A program made the position numbers and the translations under genes. From assembly GCA_004764695.1 (NCBI GenBank), contig SMSO01000014.1:2289648-2353647 (forward strand): 64,000 nucleotides of DNA, given 5' to 3'. Source of the DNA: Schizochytrium sp. TIO01 (Eukaryota > Protista > Bigyra: Labyrinthulomycetes). The notes beneath the pieces are model-generated. The model saw nothing but the letters and a program-made list of their open reading frames with translations. It searched no databases and was not told the DNA's origin. The stretch's first letter is position 1; every line of letters begins with the position of its first letter. Below, in pieces: positions 32,746-43,911 of this stretch.

Positions 32746-33768
32746 AAAAAAAAGAAAAGTATAAAAGTATAGAAGATTATATGCTGCCGTTATTCTTTCG
32801 ATTGGGATTTGTAGCGTCGCCTTTGATCTACTTGCATTTCCACTTCTGTTCATCGTTTCTTGTTCCTTTTTCTAAAATTCATAATGTATCAGTAGGCACT
32901 ATACGCTTACTGTCCGGTGTAGTTTATGAGCTGTTCCTTTCCAATCATAATAACAACAAAACTGCTCCAGCGTTGACTCGTATCATTTAGATGTTGCTAA
33001 ACTTGCTCATGAAACTTCTATTGTTTATTTTGTTTTAGTCCGTTGTAAGTCTCATCGTTACTGTAGGTCCTACACATGAAAGTTATCTGGAACTAAGTGC
33101 CTTTTCCTGTTCTTGCAGTAATACTGCAAGGGAAACTCTGATATAAATTCATGCTTAGGTGCATAGCTAAGAAACTATTGTCAAATAAATTTTTGACTTC
33201 TGTATAAATGCCCTTGACGCTTTCGTTTAAAAGGCATAACGAACAATCATTTTTTCTTAATTAAATTGAAATATTTGTGCTTAGATTATTACTTTTTATG
33301 GAGTATATATTTCTTTGCACGAATCAGATTTTTATTAGAGGAAATAAGACGCGGTATACTTTATAGTGTGTTTGTGTAACAGATAGGCTTTGAATTTGCT
33401 TCTACTTTAGACCCCTTTCTAGCGAGTGTGTAGATGAGAAATCAATCGATGCTTCATAATTTCATAGCTCGCGCTTGAATCAGCGATCTTGTGAAAGGAA
33501 ATTACTATTAAAGCAGAGGCGTATTCCTGGGTCCAAAATAGTATTTTGGAACCGGTAAAAGCATCTTGTTAGTGGTAGTCGCGTTCTTGATACCCTATTC
33601 TCTTTGGACAATTAAGAGGAAATATAAAGAGGATTGCATGACAGACGATGTCAGAAAAACATGACAAATGAGCGAGATGAGCGAACAATGAGACTGGCGG
33701 ACGAGAAGATGGGCCAACAGACAAGCTTGCCTTCGAGTATAAAAGAATTATGCTCAATGTCTGCAAGT

Positions 33769-35577
33769 TCAGGCTTGTGCTTGCTCCTGCTTTGACGGAC
33801 AGCCTTCAGAAGCATCCGTAATACACTCGGCAAAGAGAGTAGCAGCTGTGGCATCGTGGACTCGAACCTTTACATATGACCCTATAGGCATGGCAGCAGG
33901 ATCAGAATTTGTAATGATACACCGGCGAAGACCATTCGTGCGACCTTGCATCTTCGTGGCATCGCGACGACTAGGGCCCTCCACCAGGATTTCATACTCT
34001 TTACCAATCTCTTGTTCAGCCTTTTTATGTGCAACTTCACGAAAAGTACTGATTACCTCAGCTAAACGACGCTTTTTGATCTCCTCAGGGATGTCGTCAT
34101 CAAGTTTATGGTATGCGTGCGTGCGCTCACGTCTCGAGTAGTGAAACATGAAAGCTTGCTCATACCCAATTTCGCGAAAGAGAGAAATTGTATCTTGGTG
34201 CTCCTCCTCGGTTTCACCACAGAATCCCGAAATAAAGTCACTGGAGAGCTCCAATTCCGGGCCAACAATCTCCTTAGCGCGTCGTACCAGGTCAATGTAA
34301 GACTCACGAGTGTAACCCCGGCGCATACGTTCAAGGACGGTAGAGCTACCACTCTGTGCTGGAAGATGAATTCCGCGGCAAATGTTAGGGTATTTCGCCA
34401 TGACTTCAAATACATCATCCGTAAAGTCCTTTGGATGAGGGCTAGTGAATCGAATACGAATCGTCGGGTCAACTGCTGCAACACGTTCCAACAGATCCGC
34501 GAATCTTACACCAGGTCCATCGCGCAGCTTGAACATGTCCCTAAACCCTTCTGCTGTATTGTACTCCGTGCTTCCTTCTTCTGATCGATCTAAGTACGAG
34601 TTAACATTTTGACCCAAAAGAACAATCTCCTTCACCTCTCCGGCTTTAGACAATTCCTCAACCTCGTTGACAATGCTCTTGGCAGCCCTGCTGCGTTCTC
34701 TACCTCTCGTGAACGGCACAATACAGTATGAGCACATGTTATTACACCCTCTCGTAATGCTAATAAAAGCTTGCCATGGCTCGCTCCTCCTCACGGGTGC
34801 AATGTCTGCATAGGTCTCATCTAGAGATAGCTGTACATTCATGCCCTGGTTTTCACCCCTGGCCAGCCGCAGCAACCTTGGCAGATCTCTGTAGCCGTCA
34901 GGTCCTGCGACTACGTTAACGAGGTTCTCCTCAAGCAGTTTGTCTCTGAGGCGCTCCGCCATGCATCCCAAAACACCCACCTGTTGGTCTGGTCTGCGTT
35001 GTTTGCGGAAGGTTCTAAGCTGCTGCAGCGCCTTAGCCTCCGCTTGCTCACGGATTGCGCAGGTATTTACGAGCACGACATCTGCAGAGGAGGCGTCCTC
35101 TGCAGGAAAGAATCCTGCGCCCTCGAGGATGGAAGCGCAGATCTCTCCGTCAGCGACATTCATTGCGCATCCGAGGGTCTGGATGAAATAGCTCCGAGGG
35201 TCACTCACCATGCGCCGTTCCAGGTCCTCCACGCCCTCGTGCGGGAAAGGGGAGGATTCTGAGGCGTCTGATGCATCTAAATCCATGACAACCGGGCTGG
35301 CCTTGTCCGAGGATCGCTGAATGAAGGCACGCATGGGAATGCGGTCCTTGCGAAGGCGTCTCCGCAACTCCTCCTTTCGAGAAGGAGGATCTCTAGAGTC
35401 AGCGTTTGAAGTATCCTCTTCCGCGGAAGAGGAAACTTTAGGGGACATATCCCCGTTACTGTGCCATCGAGAGAAAGACAGGAACGGAGAAGAGACGCGG
35501 AGATCACGGGAGCCAGGGGCAGCTAGCCTCTGGACGATGCTCTGCGAAGAGGACTTGCTGAGAACGGAGCGCATCAT
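33769..35577 (-). CDS. CDK5RAP1: Mitochondrial tRNA-i6A37 methylthiotransferase (MiaB/CDK5RAP1 family)
   Basis: UPF0004 motifs LGCAMN, NTCAIRE, GVLGCMAERL; radical-SAM GCNNMCSYC; VPFTRGRERSR; LLGQNVNSY; RIRFTSPHP; HLPAQSGS; DFISGFCGETEEEH; C-terminal TRAM domain; R/S-rich presequence. Confidence 0.96.
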   Translation of the reverse strand: MMRSVLSKSSSQSIVQRLAAPGSRDLRVSSPFLSFSRWHSNGDMSPKVSSSAEEDTSNADSRDPPSRKEELRRRLRKDRIPMRAFIQRSSDKASPVVMDLDASDASESSPFPHEGVEDLERRMVSDPRSYFIQTLGCAMNVADGEICASILEGAGFFPAEDASSADVVLVNTCAIREQAEAKALQQLRTFRKQRRPDQQVGVLGCMAERLRDKLLEENLVNVVAGPDGYRDLPRLLRLARGENQGMNVQLSLDETYADIAPVRRSEPWQAFISITRGCNNMCSYCIVPFTRGRERSRAAKSIVNEVEELSKAGEVKEIVLLGQNVNSYLDRSEEGSTEYNTAEGFRDMFKLRDGPGVRFADLLERVAAVDPTIRIRFTSPHPKDFTDDVFEVMAKYPNICRGIHLPAQSGSSTVLERMRRGYTRESYIDLVRRAKEIVGPELELSSDFISGFCGETEEEHQDTISLFREIGYEQAFMFHYSRRERTHAYHKLDDDIPEEIKKRRLAEVISTFREVAHKKAEQEIGKEYEILVEGPSRRDATKMQGRTNGLRRCIITNSDPAAMPIGSYVKVRVHDATAATLFAECITDASEGCPSKQEQAQA

Positions 35578-37750
35578 AAGGCCCAGCCAGACTGCCGAGG
35601 ACTTGGAGGCAGCAACACCTACAACAAATCCTGCCAGCCGAGGGACGTGCTCTCAACTTTGCTGAAAGCTAGCCAAGCTCTATATCGTTGTTCTTCTTGC
35701 AGGTGAGATGTTGGTGCTGCTGTTGACAGTGAGTCCCTCCACCATGCAATTTAGTCTCCTACCACCACATTATGTGGTTCCTTCGGCTACTACTTTAGCA
35801 GCTAGCAGACCTAGTAATACTATAGTCAAAGCACCGTAAACTTGAGGGACCCAGAATTCTTGACGACCACTCTATCAAGCATGTACTACCAGGGTAGCAC
35901 CTAGCACCATCTATATATGGCTAGCTATGAAGTACTCTCCCCAAAAAACTGGTCAGTTGTAGTTATTTTTGCATTTTGATTGCTTTTAGCCACCTTCTCC
36001 ATAGTAACTCACTTCTCAAGTTGTCTTTTCTTGAGTGTTATTGCTATTGTCTAATAGCTGCTACGGCCTACATGTGTACAGGCATTTTTTTTAATGAAGT
36101 TATGTGAGAACTCGACCTCATCTAGACAAGGTAGGTGGTACCTGGTATCTAATACTACTGTCAAGTTGTAATCCTTATAAAGGGGCATGTTTGTGGTTGT
36201 TTTCAAAGAAGCTAACTTGCACCACGATCTGGTATTGTTCCTTCTCTACCTACCATTAATTTGTGACTTCTAGGTCTACACTATTCATATTTATAACAAA
36301 TATTGAATTTTAATTTTTAATTTTTTAATTTAATTTTAAAATTACGACAAAGTTCACTGCTGTTTTACAAGTAGTACGTACTTACATACCTGCGAAGAAA
36401 CGCAACTTTGAATGAAGTAAATGAGATATCAATACAGCCTCGCACGCATGCCGAACAGAATTGAGTATCTTGAAGAAATAACATTCCCCTGATAAACATA
36501 CGAATTTCGATTTAAATGTGCTAAGCTATTATTTGCCAACACCGTTTCCACTATCCTCACTAGTTTGTTACGGTTCTTCAACAAACTGTAGAGGTATATG
36601 AGTAGGCCCCTAAGCTAAACGCGGCTCGGTTTATCTTCTTGCTGGGAGCAGGAGGAGATCCTAGAAGGATCTTTTGTAAAAACAAATTTGAGTTAGTTTT
36701 TGACAAAATTTATTTTTCAAAATACGGCACGAATGTCTCACCTATAGATTTAGGAGGAGAAAATGAACATACGCCAAATTAAACTGTTGAACGTGCCACT
36801 CTAGAGCCTGAAGACCCTGAAATTCTGCAACAATGACTTGACTTGAGCTAGACCTATTTTTCCTTAATTTCTAGAATACAACAACACGTGACCTTTCTTC
36901 TGATCAATTATTTGTTGAGCTGCTTCAGCATTTGCGGATATAAGCAACTGCCCCATATTCTCAGAAAAGGCCTAAGAACAATCAAAGTTGTCTTTGCTTT
37001 TTCATTTGTGTCAAATTATCTGTAGGACGATAGCTATTAGATACACAGACCTTGCCAACTCATAAAAGCCTTTGCTCCATCAACTAAAACTCATTAGTTG
37101 AATGGTAACCGGAGACCAGGATGAGAAGAAGAAAAAGAAAAAGAGAGAAGAGAAGAGATACTACTCCCAGCTATAGACCGAGACAACATTGTTTCAAGGC
37201 AGACAGGCAGACCCATATCACGCAGAGTAAAGATCGAAGGAGAACCGCTCGGAATCCGTTCAATTGTAAGCGTCTGTCGCAGGGAGCCTGAGCGCCTCTG
37301 GCCTACCATTCTTCCTGCCGACCAGCTTCCTCTCTCTGCGGCTTACTGTCAGGGCACTAGCGGACAGCAGACAATCTGGTTGACTGACAAAGTTTTTAAA
37401 GCAAAGGGAGGAGAAACGCTCTGAGTTTATTCTTCTCTCCGTCAATTTTCGACTCAAGAAAGGACAATAATTAATTGGTGAGCCACCCAAACTCGGGAAG
37501 TCTAAGTTATGCGTGCATAGAGCACGTGGGACCCTCGATCTGACGATACCCCTCTATTGCTGATATAAAGTCTTCCCTTTGGTTGGCCAAGGTCCTTCCT
37601 TCACTTGTATCGAACTGGCCAAGTCATCAGCAGTTTTCCTTTCGTCGCCATCGTGCTTGACCAAAAACCAACAAAGAGCCAAGGGCTACCTATAAGAAAG
37701 ACAAAAGAAATAGAAAGAAATAGCAAGAGACAATAAGGACCAGCAAGGAG

Positions 37751-37793
<43 letters not shown>
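37751..37793. repeat. (TGCT)n microsatellite
   Basis: Directly visible. Confidence 0.93.
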
Positions 37794-38330
37794 CCAAGCC
37801 AATTTTGTTATTTACGAACAAGGTGAATAGTTTGCCTGGTTGCCTTAGAAGTAGAGAGAGATAGACAGAATTTTCGTCAACCAGGGCTGAGTAAGACAAG
37901 AAAGGGCCTTCCTGGCTTGCTTGTGTGCGACCTTCAGGCCGTTGATAGAATTCTATCATAGGTTTGTCTTTTGCAAGAGCCATAAGAAGACTCAAGCAGT
38001 AATCAATTATACAAAGTCGAGGTGCCTATCTAGCCTGTTTTTCAATTTTGACGTAACGACACTTCTGTTCCTACTAGCAACCACGATCCTAGATCTCCAG
38101 ACCGCGTTTTCGCAAGGCATATATTGCTCAATTTGAGGTGCGTTCTCAATAAGCCACTTCAAAGCTTGCAGCTTATCCCAGGCCTACACATTCATACGGC
38201 TCTACTAAAGTGCATTGGGCATAACACAAGTAATAGAGAACATACACCTAGAAACCTAGTGGCCCGAAGCGCGTCGACTGCAGAAAATAGAGAGCGCACT
38301 TCGAAGAGGAGCACAGTCGCAACAAGCCAG

Positions 38331-39287
38331 ATGCTTGCGAGATTAAGGTCGAGGCCGCTCGCAGCGGAGGGTTTATGGAGGCCCTTACGTAGGGGACTTG
38401 GATCTGGGCCTAGGAGTAATAGTGCTGGTGAAGAGAGTGTACGGAGGTACCCTAAACTTGGTTGCTTCAGGCCAGCACAAGTAGGGGAACTCCCTGATGG
38501 CCTTCTTAGGCACCCTTCGCTCACAAGCTCAAGAGGACTTTTAAGATCAGCTGACTATGCTGGCACCATTGCGTTCGCTATGAACGGTGCTATTACAGCA
38601 GGAAGTGTAGGTATGGATGCAGTAGGCTGCACAATCCTAGGTTGCATCGTCGCTGTTGGAGGAGGGACCATTCGCGATTCTATGGTTCTCCACAAGCAGC
38701 CATTTTGGGTAGAGGAATATGAGTACTTACTCATGGCGGCTGCTGCGGCATTAGCAACGTCCATGGTGTGGCCATCATTACCAAGCGGCAATGTTTTAAA
38801 GGATGCAGAAGGCGGAGAAGGTGATATTATTTGGGCATTTGACACACTTGGTATTGGCGCCTTTGCAGTGATTGGGTGCCAAAATGCGCTCCGTATGTGT
38901 GTCCATCCATTCATTGCCTGCACTTGCGGTATGATGACAGCAACATTTGGAGGCTTTACAAGGGATATCATTTGCAGTTTGCCTAAAGAAGCTCATGGAA
39001 ATGGTCGAGTCATGCACTCGCACAGTGATCTTTATGCTAGTGCGGCATTTGCTGGGGCAGCCGCTTATGTCATGACAAGATCAGCGGGCTACTCTCTCAC
39101 TACTCGAATTGCTGCAGGCATGATCGTTTCCATGGGCGCTCGTGTTTTAGCTCGTATGTATGATCTGGCAATGCCGTCGTGGGATAAACCTGGGTTCAGG
39201 ACTTTGGAGCGAACTCAAGCGCTCCAATCTGCGAATACAATTGCTCCTGTTGCTTCTCCTTCAGCGAGTGCTACGGTCTCGAACTAG
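38331..39287 (+). CDS. TRIC-family / UPF0126 (YadS/YicG-like) membrane protein with predicted mitochondrial presequence
   Basis: Two internal repeats: DYAGTIAFAMNGA...AVGGGTIRD...PFWV and DTLGIGAFAVIG...TATFGGFTRDII...LYA. First ATG is 38331 (MLARLRSRPL...); the ORF-track start at 38124 is TTG. Confidence 0.9.
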   Translation: MLARLRSRPLAAEGLWRPLRRGLGSGPRSNSAGEESVRRYPKLGCFRPAQVGELPDGLLRHPSLTSSRGLLRSADYAGTIAFAMNGAITAGSVGMDAVGCTILGCIVAVGGGTIRDSMVLHKQPFWVEEYEYLLMAAAAALATSMVWPSLPSGNVLKDAEGGEGDIIWAFDTLGIGAFAVIGCQNALRMCVHPFIACTCGMMTATFGGFTRDIICSLPKEAHGNGRVMHSHSDLYASAAFAGAAAYVMTRSAGYSLTTRIAAGMIVSMGARVLARMYDLAMPSWDKPGFRTLERTQALQSANTIAPVASPSASATVSN

Positions 39288-41982
39288 GTTTCTCTGCTGC
39301 TGTTCTAAATTTGTCAGATTTCACATGTACTGTACAAACAGATTTATCATGCACAGTGCTTAGAAGAAGCAAAGACACTTTAGGATTTGTTTCCCGGGTT
39401 CTTTAATAATACCATCTCGCAATTTTGGTTGTAGAAACCATCTTTGCGGAGACCTGAAATATGATATCTCACCTGTGTCCATCTACTTATGTCACTTAAA
39501 TATACCACATTTTTACCTGTTGTGGTTTTTCACTCTGCAAAGTTTAGAAAAGATACTTGCATGCGGAATTCAACCAACATACCTCGTACATGGGCAACAA
39601 ATGAAGACTCGCTCATGAACCATGACTTACATAAAGAAGCCTTTGGTTACTTTGATCATTAGTTGTGATTCCCGTACCTTACGAACGATCGCCTCCTTGT
39701 CACTGCTTTTCTCTATGCTGATGCCCGTTTCCATACAAAAAAATTAACAACTTGTAAAATAAGCCCACTTCACCCTAACCCGAGATTTCTCAGCTTGCCT
39801 GGTTTGAGAACCGAACAGCTCGCAATGAACTTCGGTAACACATGTCCTATATGATCGAGCTGTTGGAGAGGTACAGCTCGCAAAGAATTTGATGTGGAAA
39901 TAGCATCGCCGTGGTTCACTTTTTCTCCCAAAGTTAAATTTAAATCAATAAGAATTCTTTGTAACTATGGAGTTAATAGAGGTGGGAGACAATACGAAGC
40001 CTAGTTCACCGTTGGGCTGGATTATGCATACAGCAAATTCTTTATTTAGATTATCAATGTAATTCCATACTACCCAATGCAACTTAGCTACTATAGTTGC
40101 CGCAAATGTTGCAATCCGTCCTGTACTAAAACATAAGCTCATGACAATGAGCATCGTTACAGCGAACACCTGGAAAAGTGCCGTTTAGCAACATATCCAA
40201 AAGTAGACCGTTTTAACCCTTTGCTTGCTACCTTTATGTATCTAATGACTCGAACTTTATTAATACAGATAGTGTTCAAGCATTTGCACTGTGTAAACTT
40301 TCTAATGTGTTGTTGCGACGTTTCTAAGTAGCGGTTATGATGGGTATCTACCATGCCAGCATACATTTTCTCGTCACCGATATATATCAAAATAGAGTCA
40401 CGTTGACAGGTATAATAAAAAGGTAATGGAAAGGAAAACATACTATTTTACGACGCATCACTAAGATATTTTAGGTTGAAGAGACAGGTACAGTAGATAC
40501 CTGTGTCTTCTTATATTGCAGGATGCATGCATAGGGGCCAACAAGTATCTCTCAGGCTCTTTTCTAGTATTTTATTACGACCGAATGTTCAAACAATTCA
40601 TTCAGTGATGCCTCAAAATTGGTTGCATCCTCCGGTTTCATTGTTTCTGGATGCTTTCAGAACACACCAAATTTTAGCAGGTTCATCCAAGGTAAGATGT
40701 GCTGTGACACAGAGATGATACCTCAGTTCAAACCATTTCAGACCTAACGAATATTCGTGGTGGCCTAATCTGGTACCTTGGGTAATAGCACTTCTACTGG
40801 TCAGGTCAGAGGCAACTCCTATCAATGCTTTGTTAACCAACTTGAAGCTAGAACGATCACTTCTTGCGTTGGCAAGATCGCACAAGGTAATTAATATCAA
40901 CTCAATATTTCAAACATATCATGGTAGCAGTGATTGTTTGGATTGAGTTTTTACCCAAGCTATGATATTCCCACTCATTAGCTTTGACCTCTGCACAGTA
41001 GGTGAGGGTACGGAGGTACTAGTTAATAGGTAAAATTATACTCAGATAACAGTAGTGCCATGATTCTACGGCAAGTGTATTTATTAGTACCTAGGTGCGG
41101 TAGATGGTTATAGGCAATCATATCATTATTTCATTTTCGGCCTACTACTAGTGGAAGCTATACATCCCTAGGCATATAGTAGTGCTAAGGGTTAGCTAAA
41201 AACTTGTCTTGAATGTTTTTTTGGTTTTTTTAACAGCTGTTATTGTTTTATATAATTAAGATTACTATCAAATGATTTCTTAACAATTCTTTATTTCTTT
41301 ATTTCTTTTTAATTAGTTTTGTTTAAATTAATAAGTAAATACAAAGGGAATAAAAAAATGTTTGAAAAATAAATTGTTTCTAAACTTCTAGGCCTAGTTA
41401 GTACGTACCTATATGGTAATTTCTATTGATTGTTACTAGGAAAGCAGGGAGAAAGAAAACAATGATGGTCTTATACGTCTCTTATTGTTTTATATAGCTA
41501 AAAATATCATTTCATCATGATCTCCTCTTTTTCACTATTACTAGCAAATCCGTCTCTCTGTCTCGCTTCTTCTCGCCGCGTGAGGCCGAGCTAGAGAGCT
41601 TTCGACCTAAGCTACGTTCAGAAAGGAGGTCATCAGGGGGCCAGCCCCTTGCCACTTAACCATATAAACAGCCTCGTCCGCTTTCCTCCTTCCTGTTGGT
41701 CAGCGCACCAAGCTGTCAGACTGGTCATCTTGGTGTTGCCAAATTTGCCGCTAGCGTATCTCCTCCTTGTTCTCCTTCGTCCAATATCGCGATCGCTCAA
41801 CGCGCTGTACACTGCACTGCTCGTCTGATTACTTCCTGTGATACTGCAATCTTGCGGAAGGAACGCGAGGCCAACGAACCGAACCGCAGAGACCTTAAAT
41901 TTGTCTAACCAACAGCAAAAGAACCCGTGTAGGATTCTGTGCTTATTTGAGTTGCTTTTTCATCTTCTCTGTTTTGATCACG

Positions 41983-43167
41983 ATGCCCGGCAAATCTCTT
42001 CTCGAATATTATGCCCCTGGTGGCTTGGCAACTTTCAACATTCAAGATGGTTTCAATGAAGCCCTCCTGCGTGGCTTACAGCTAGGATTCCTCACGGACG
42101 CGGACTACCGAAGCATTCTGCAGTGCGAAAGTCTTGCTGATGTTAAACTAAACCTTCAAGAGACTGACTACAACGCCTACATTGCTGATGTTGCGCAGCT
42201 CTCACCATCCATGGTACGCGAGAAGGCTCTTGAGAAACTCGTGAAGGAGTTTAATCTCCTCCGCTCAAATGCTAATCAGCCACTGGTACAGTTTCTTGAG
42301 TTCATTCGCTATGATTACATGATTGACAATGTGATGCTCATTCTCAAGGCCACACTCAATAACCCCAATGTAGACATTGCTTCCCTTGTAAAGCAGACAC
42401 ACCCACTTGGCCAGTTTGAAGAGAGCGTTTTCAACAGTATTTGTGCCTTCGAGAACAGTCCTAAGGGCTACGCCGAGCTGTATCAATCAGTATTGATTGA
42501 TACCCCGATCGGCCCGTACTTTGCACGCTTTCTTCAGGAAGAATCTGCCAAGAGCTCCCAAGATGCCGCGTACGTGCAGAATCTTCTCGAAGAACTTCCG
42601 ACAACCAAGCTGGAGAGCTCCCTGCGCAAGCTTTATCTCGAGGATTTCATGGAGTTTTGCAATGGCCTTGGTGGAGATACTGCGACTATCATGTCGGACC
42701 TGATCCGTGCACGGGCTGACGCTACAGCGATCAACATTACCCTCAATTCATTCGGTACTCTTCTTAACGACCCGAACCTTCGCGAGTCAGAACGCAAGCC
42801 ACTTTATCCGTCGATGGGCTTCCTTTATCCCGAAGGTACAGATAAGCTGTCTCAAGTAGGCGACGAAATGGAGCTGGCTGCAGTTCTTCGGACTTACCCA
42901 GTCTACCGTAACATCTTCGACAAACATCAACGGGGAGACAAAACCATCGACGATGCCTTTTACGAGCGCGAAGTGCAGCTGAACGAGATGGCTTGGGAGG
43001 GCCAATTTCAGTATGCAGCGTTTTACGCGTATGTTCGTCTTAAAGAGCAAGAGATTCGCAACCTTGTGTGGATTTGCGAATGCATCGTCCAGCGGCAAAA
43101 GGAACGCGCTGCTGACCACTTTGTTCCCGTTTTTTCTCGTGAGGCTTCTTACCGCAAGCGCTCATAA
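41983..43167 (+). CDS. VMA6: V-type H+-ATPase V0 subunit d
   Basis: FNIQDGFNEALLRG, LQCESLADVKLNLQETDY, YMIDNVML, HPLGQF, LIDTPIGPYF, AINITLNSFGT, FYAYVRLKEQEIRNLVWICECI. First ATG at 41983. Confidence 0.97.
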   Translation: MPGKSLLEYYAPGGLATFNIQDGFNEALLRGLQLGFLTDADYRSILQCESLADVKLNLQETDYNAYIADVAQLSPSMVREKALEKLVKEFNLLRSNANQPLVQFLEFIRYDYMIDNVMLILKATLNNPNVDIASLVKQTHPLGQFEESVFNSICAFENSPKGYAELYQSVLIDTPIGPYFARFLQEESAKSSQDAAYVQNLLEELPTTKLESSLRKLYLEDFMEFCNGLGGDTATIMSDLIRARADATAINITLNSFGTLLNDPNLRESERKPLYPSMGFLYPEGTDKLSQVGDEMELAAVLRTYPVYRNIFDKHQRGDKTIDDAFYEREVQLNEMAWEGQFQYAAFYAYVRLKEQEIRNLVWICECIVQRQKERAADHFVPVFSREASYRKRS

Positions 43168-43911
43168 ATGCACTTTAGATGATATAAACATCTGTTTTTG
43201 AGTATCACCATTCATCCATTTTTCCATTGTTGCTATTTGCCAATTTCTCGATTAAGACTTAACCCTTCTAGAATTGAAACGCGTTGCTGCATCCACAGGA
43301 AGCTATTTTCATGGCAGTTTTACTTCCTTTTCTTTCTTACAGTAGCGGATTTTCATAATTTTACTAACTTGCTACTTCTTCACTTACACCTTGTATATTT
43401 CTCAACCCAATACACCTGGACAGAAATGACGAAAAATTCAAGGTTTTCCAGGGGGCGCATTTTCAAATCTGGACAGGATTACATAGGATTAATCTACATC
43501 AAAACGTTGACAATTGGCGGTTGAAGTTTACCAAAACTGAGGTCTCAGTTCAAATAGCATAGCGTACATATCATAAATCCAAATCTAAAAAAGAGTATAT
43601 CATTAGCAATTTCAAGAGAAGTATATTTTGCCAAAGTCATTTTGCGCAGTTTATTTTGATGAGCAGAGATTCTCCATACGAGAGAAAAAGCTCAACCATA
43701 TGGCGGGCACAACACTCAAATATGTAAGTGATGTGAGTGCAAAGCGCCTTAAACTTCCACCTGGCAATGGTTAAACTAACAGAAATCTAATCAACGTATA
43801 CGCAGATATGTGTTAGGATCCTACCAGAGTACAAAATTCTTTTTTACAATGATTTGATAAGCACAGTCTAGTATACAAATATACAAAAAGTCCAATCTGT
43901 TAGATGGTGCA

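Noticed and set aside
37125-37424. 99-codon ATG-less open frame (EEEKEKERREEILLPAIDRD...)
   Set aside because: No start codon or recognisable motif; may be a gene relic but cannot be supported.
38124-38330. TTG-initiated N-terminal extensions in the ORF track (also 41947-41982 and 16787-16846)
   Set aside because: Eukaryotic context; the first ATG gives a sensible N-terminus in each case.
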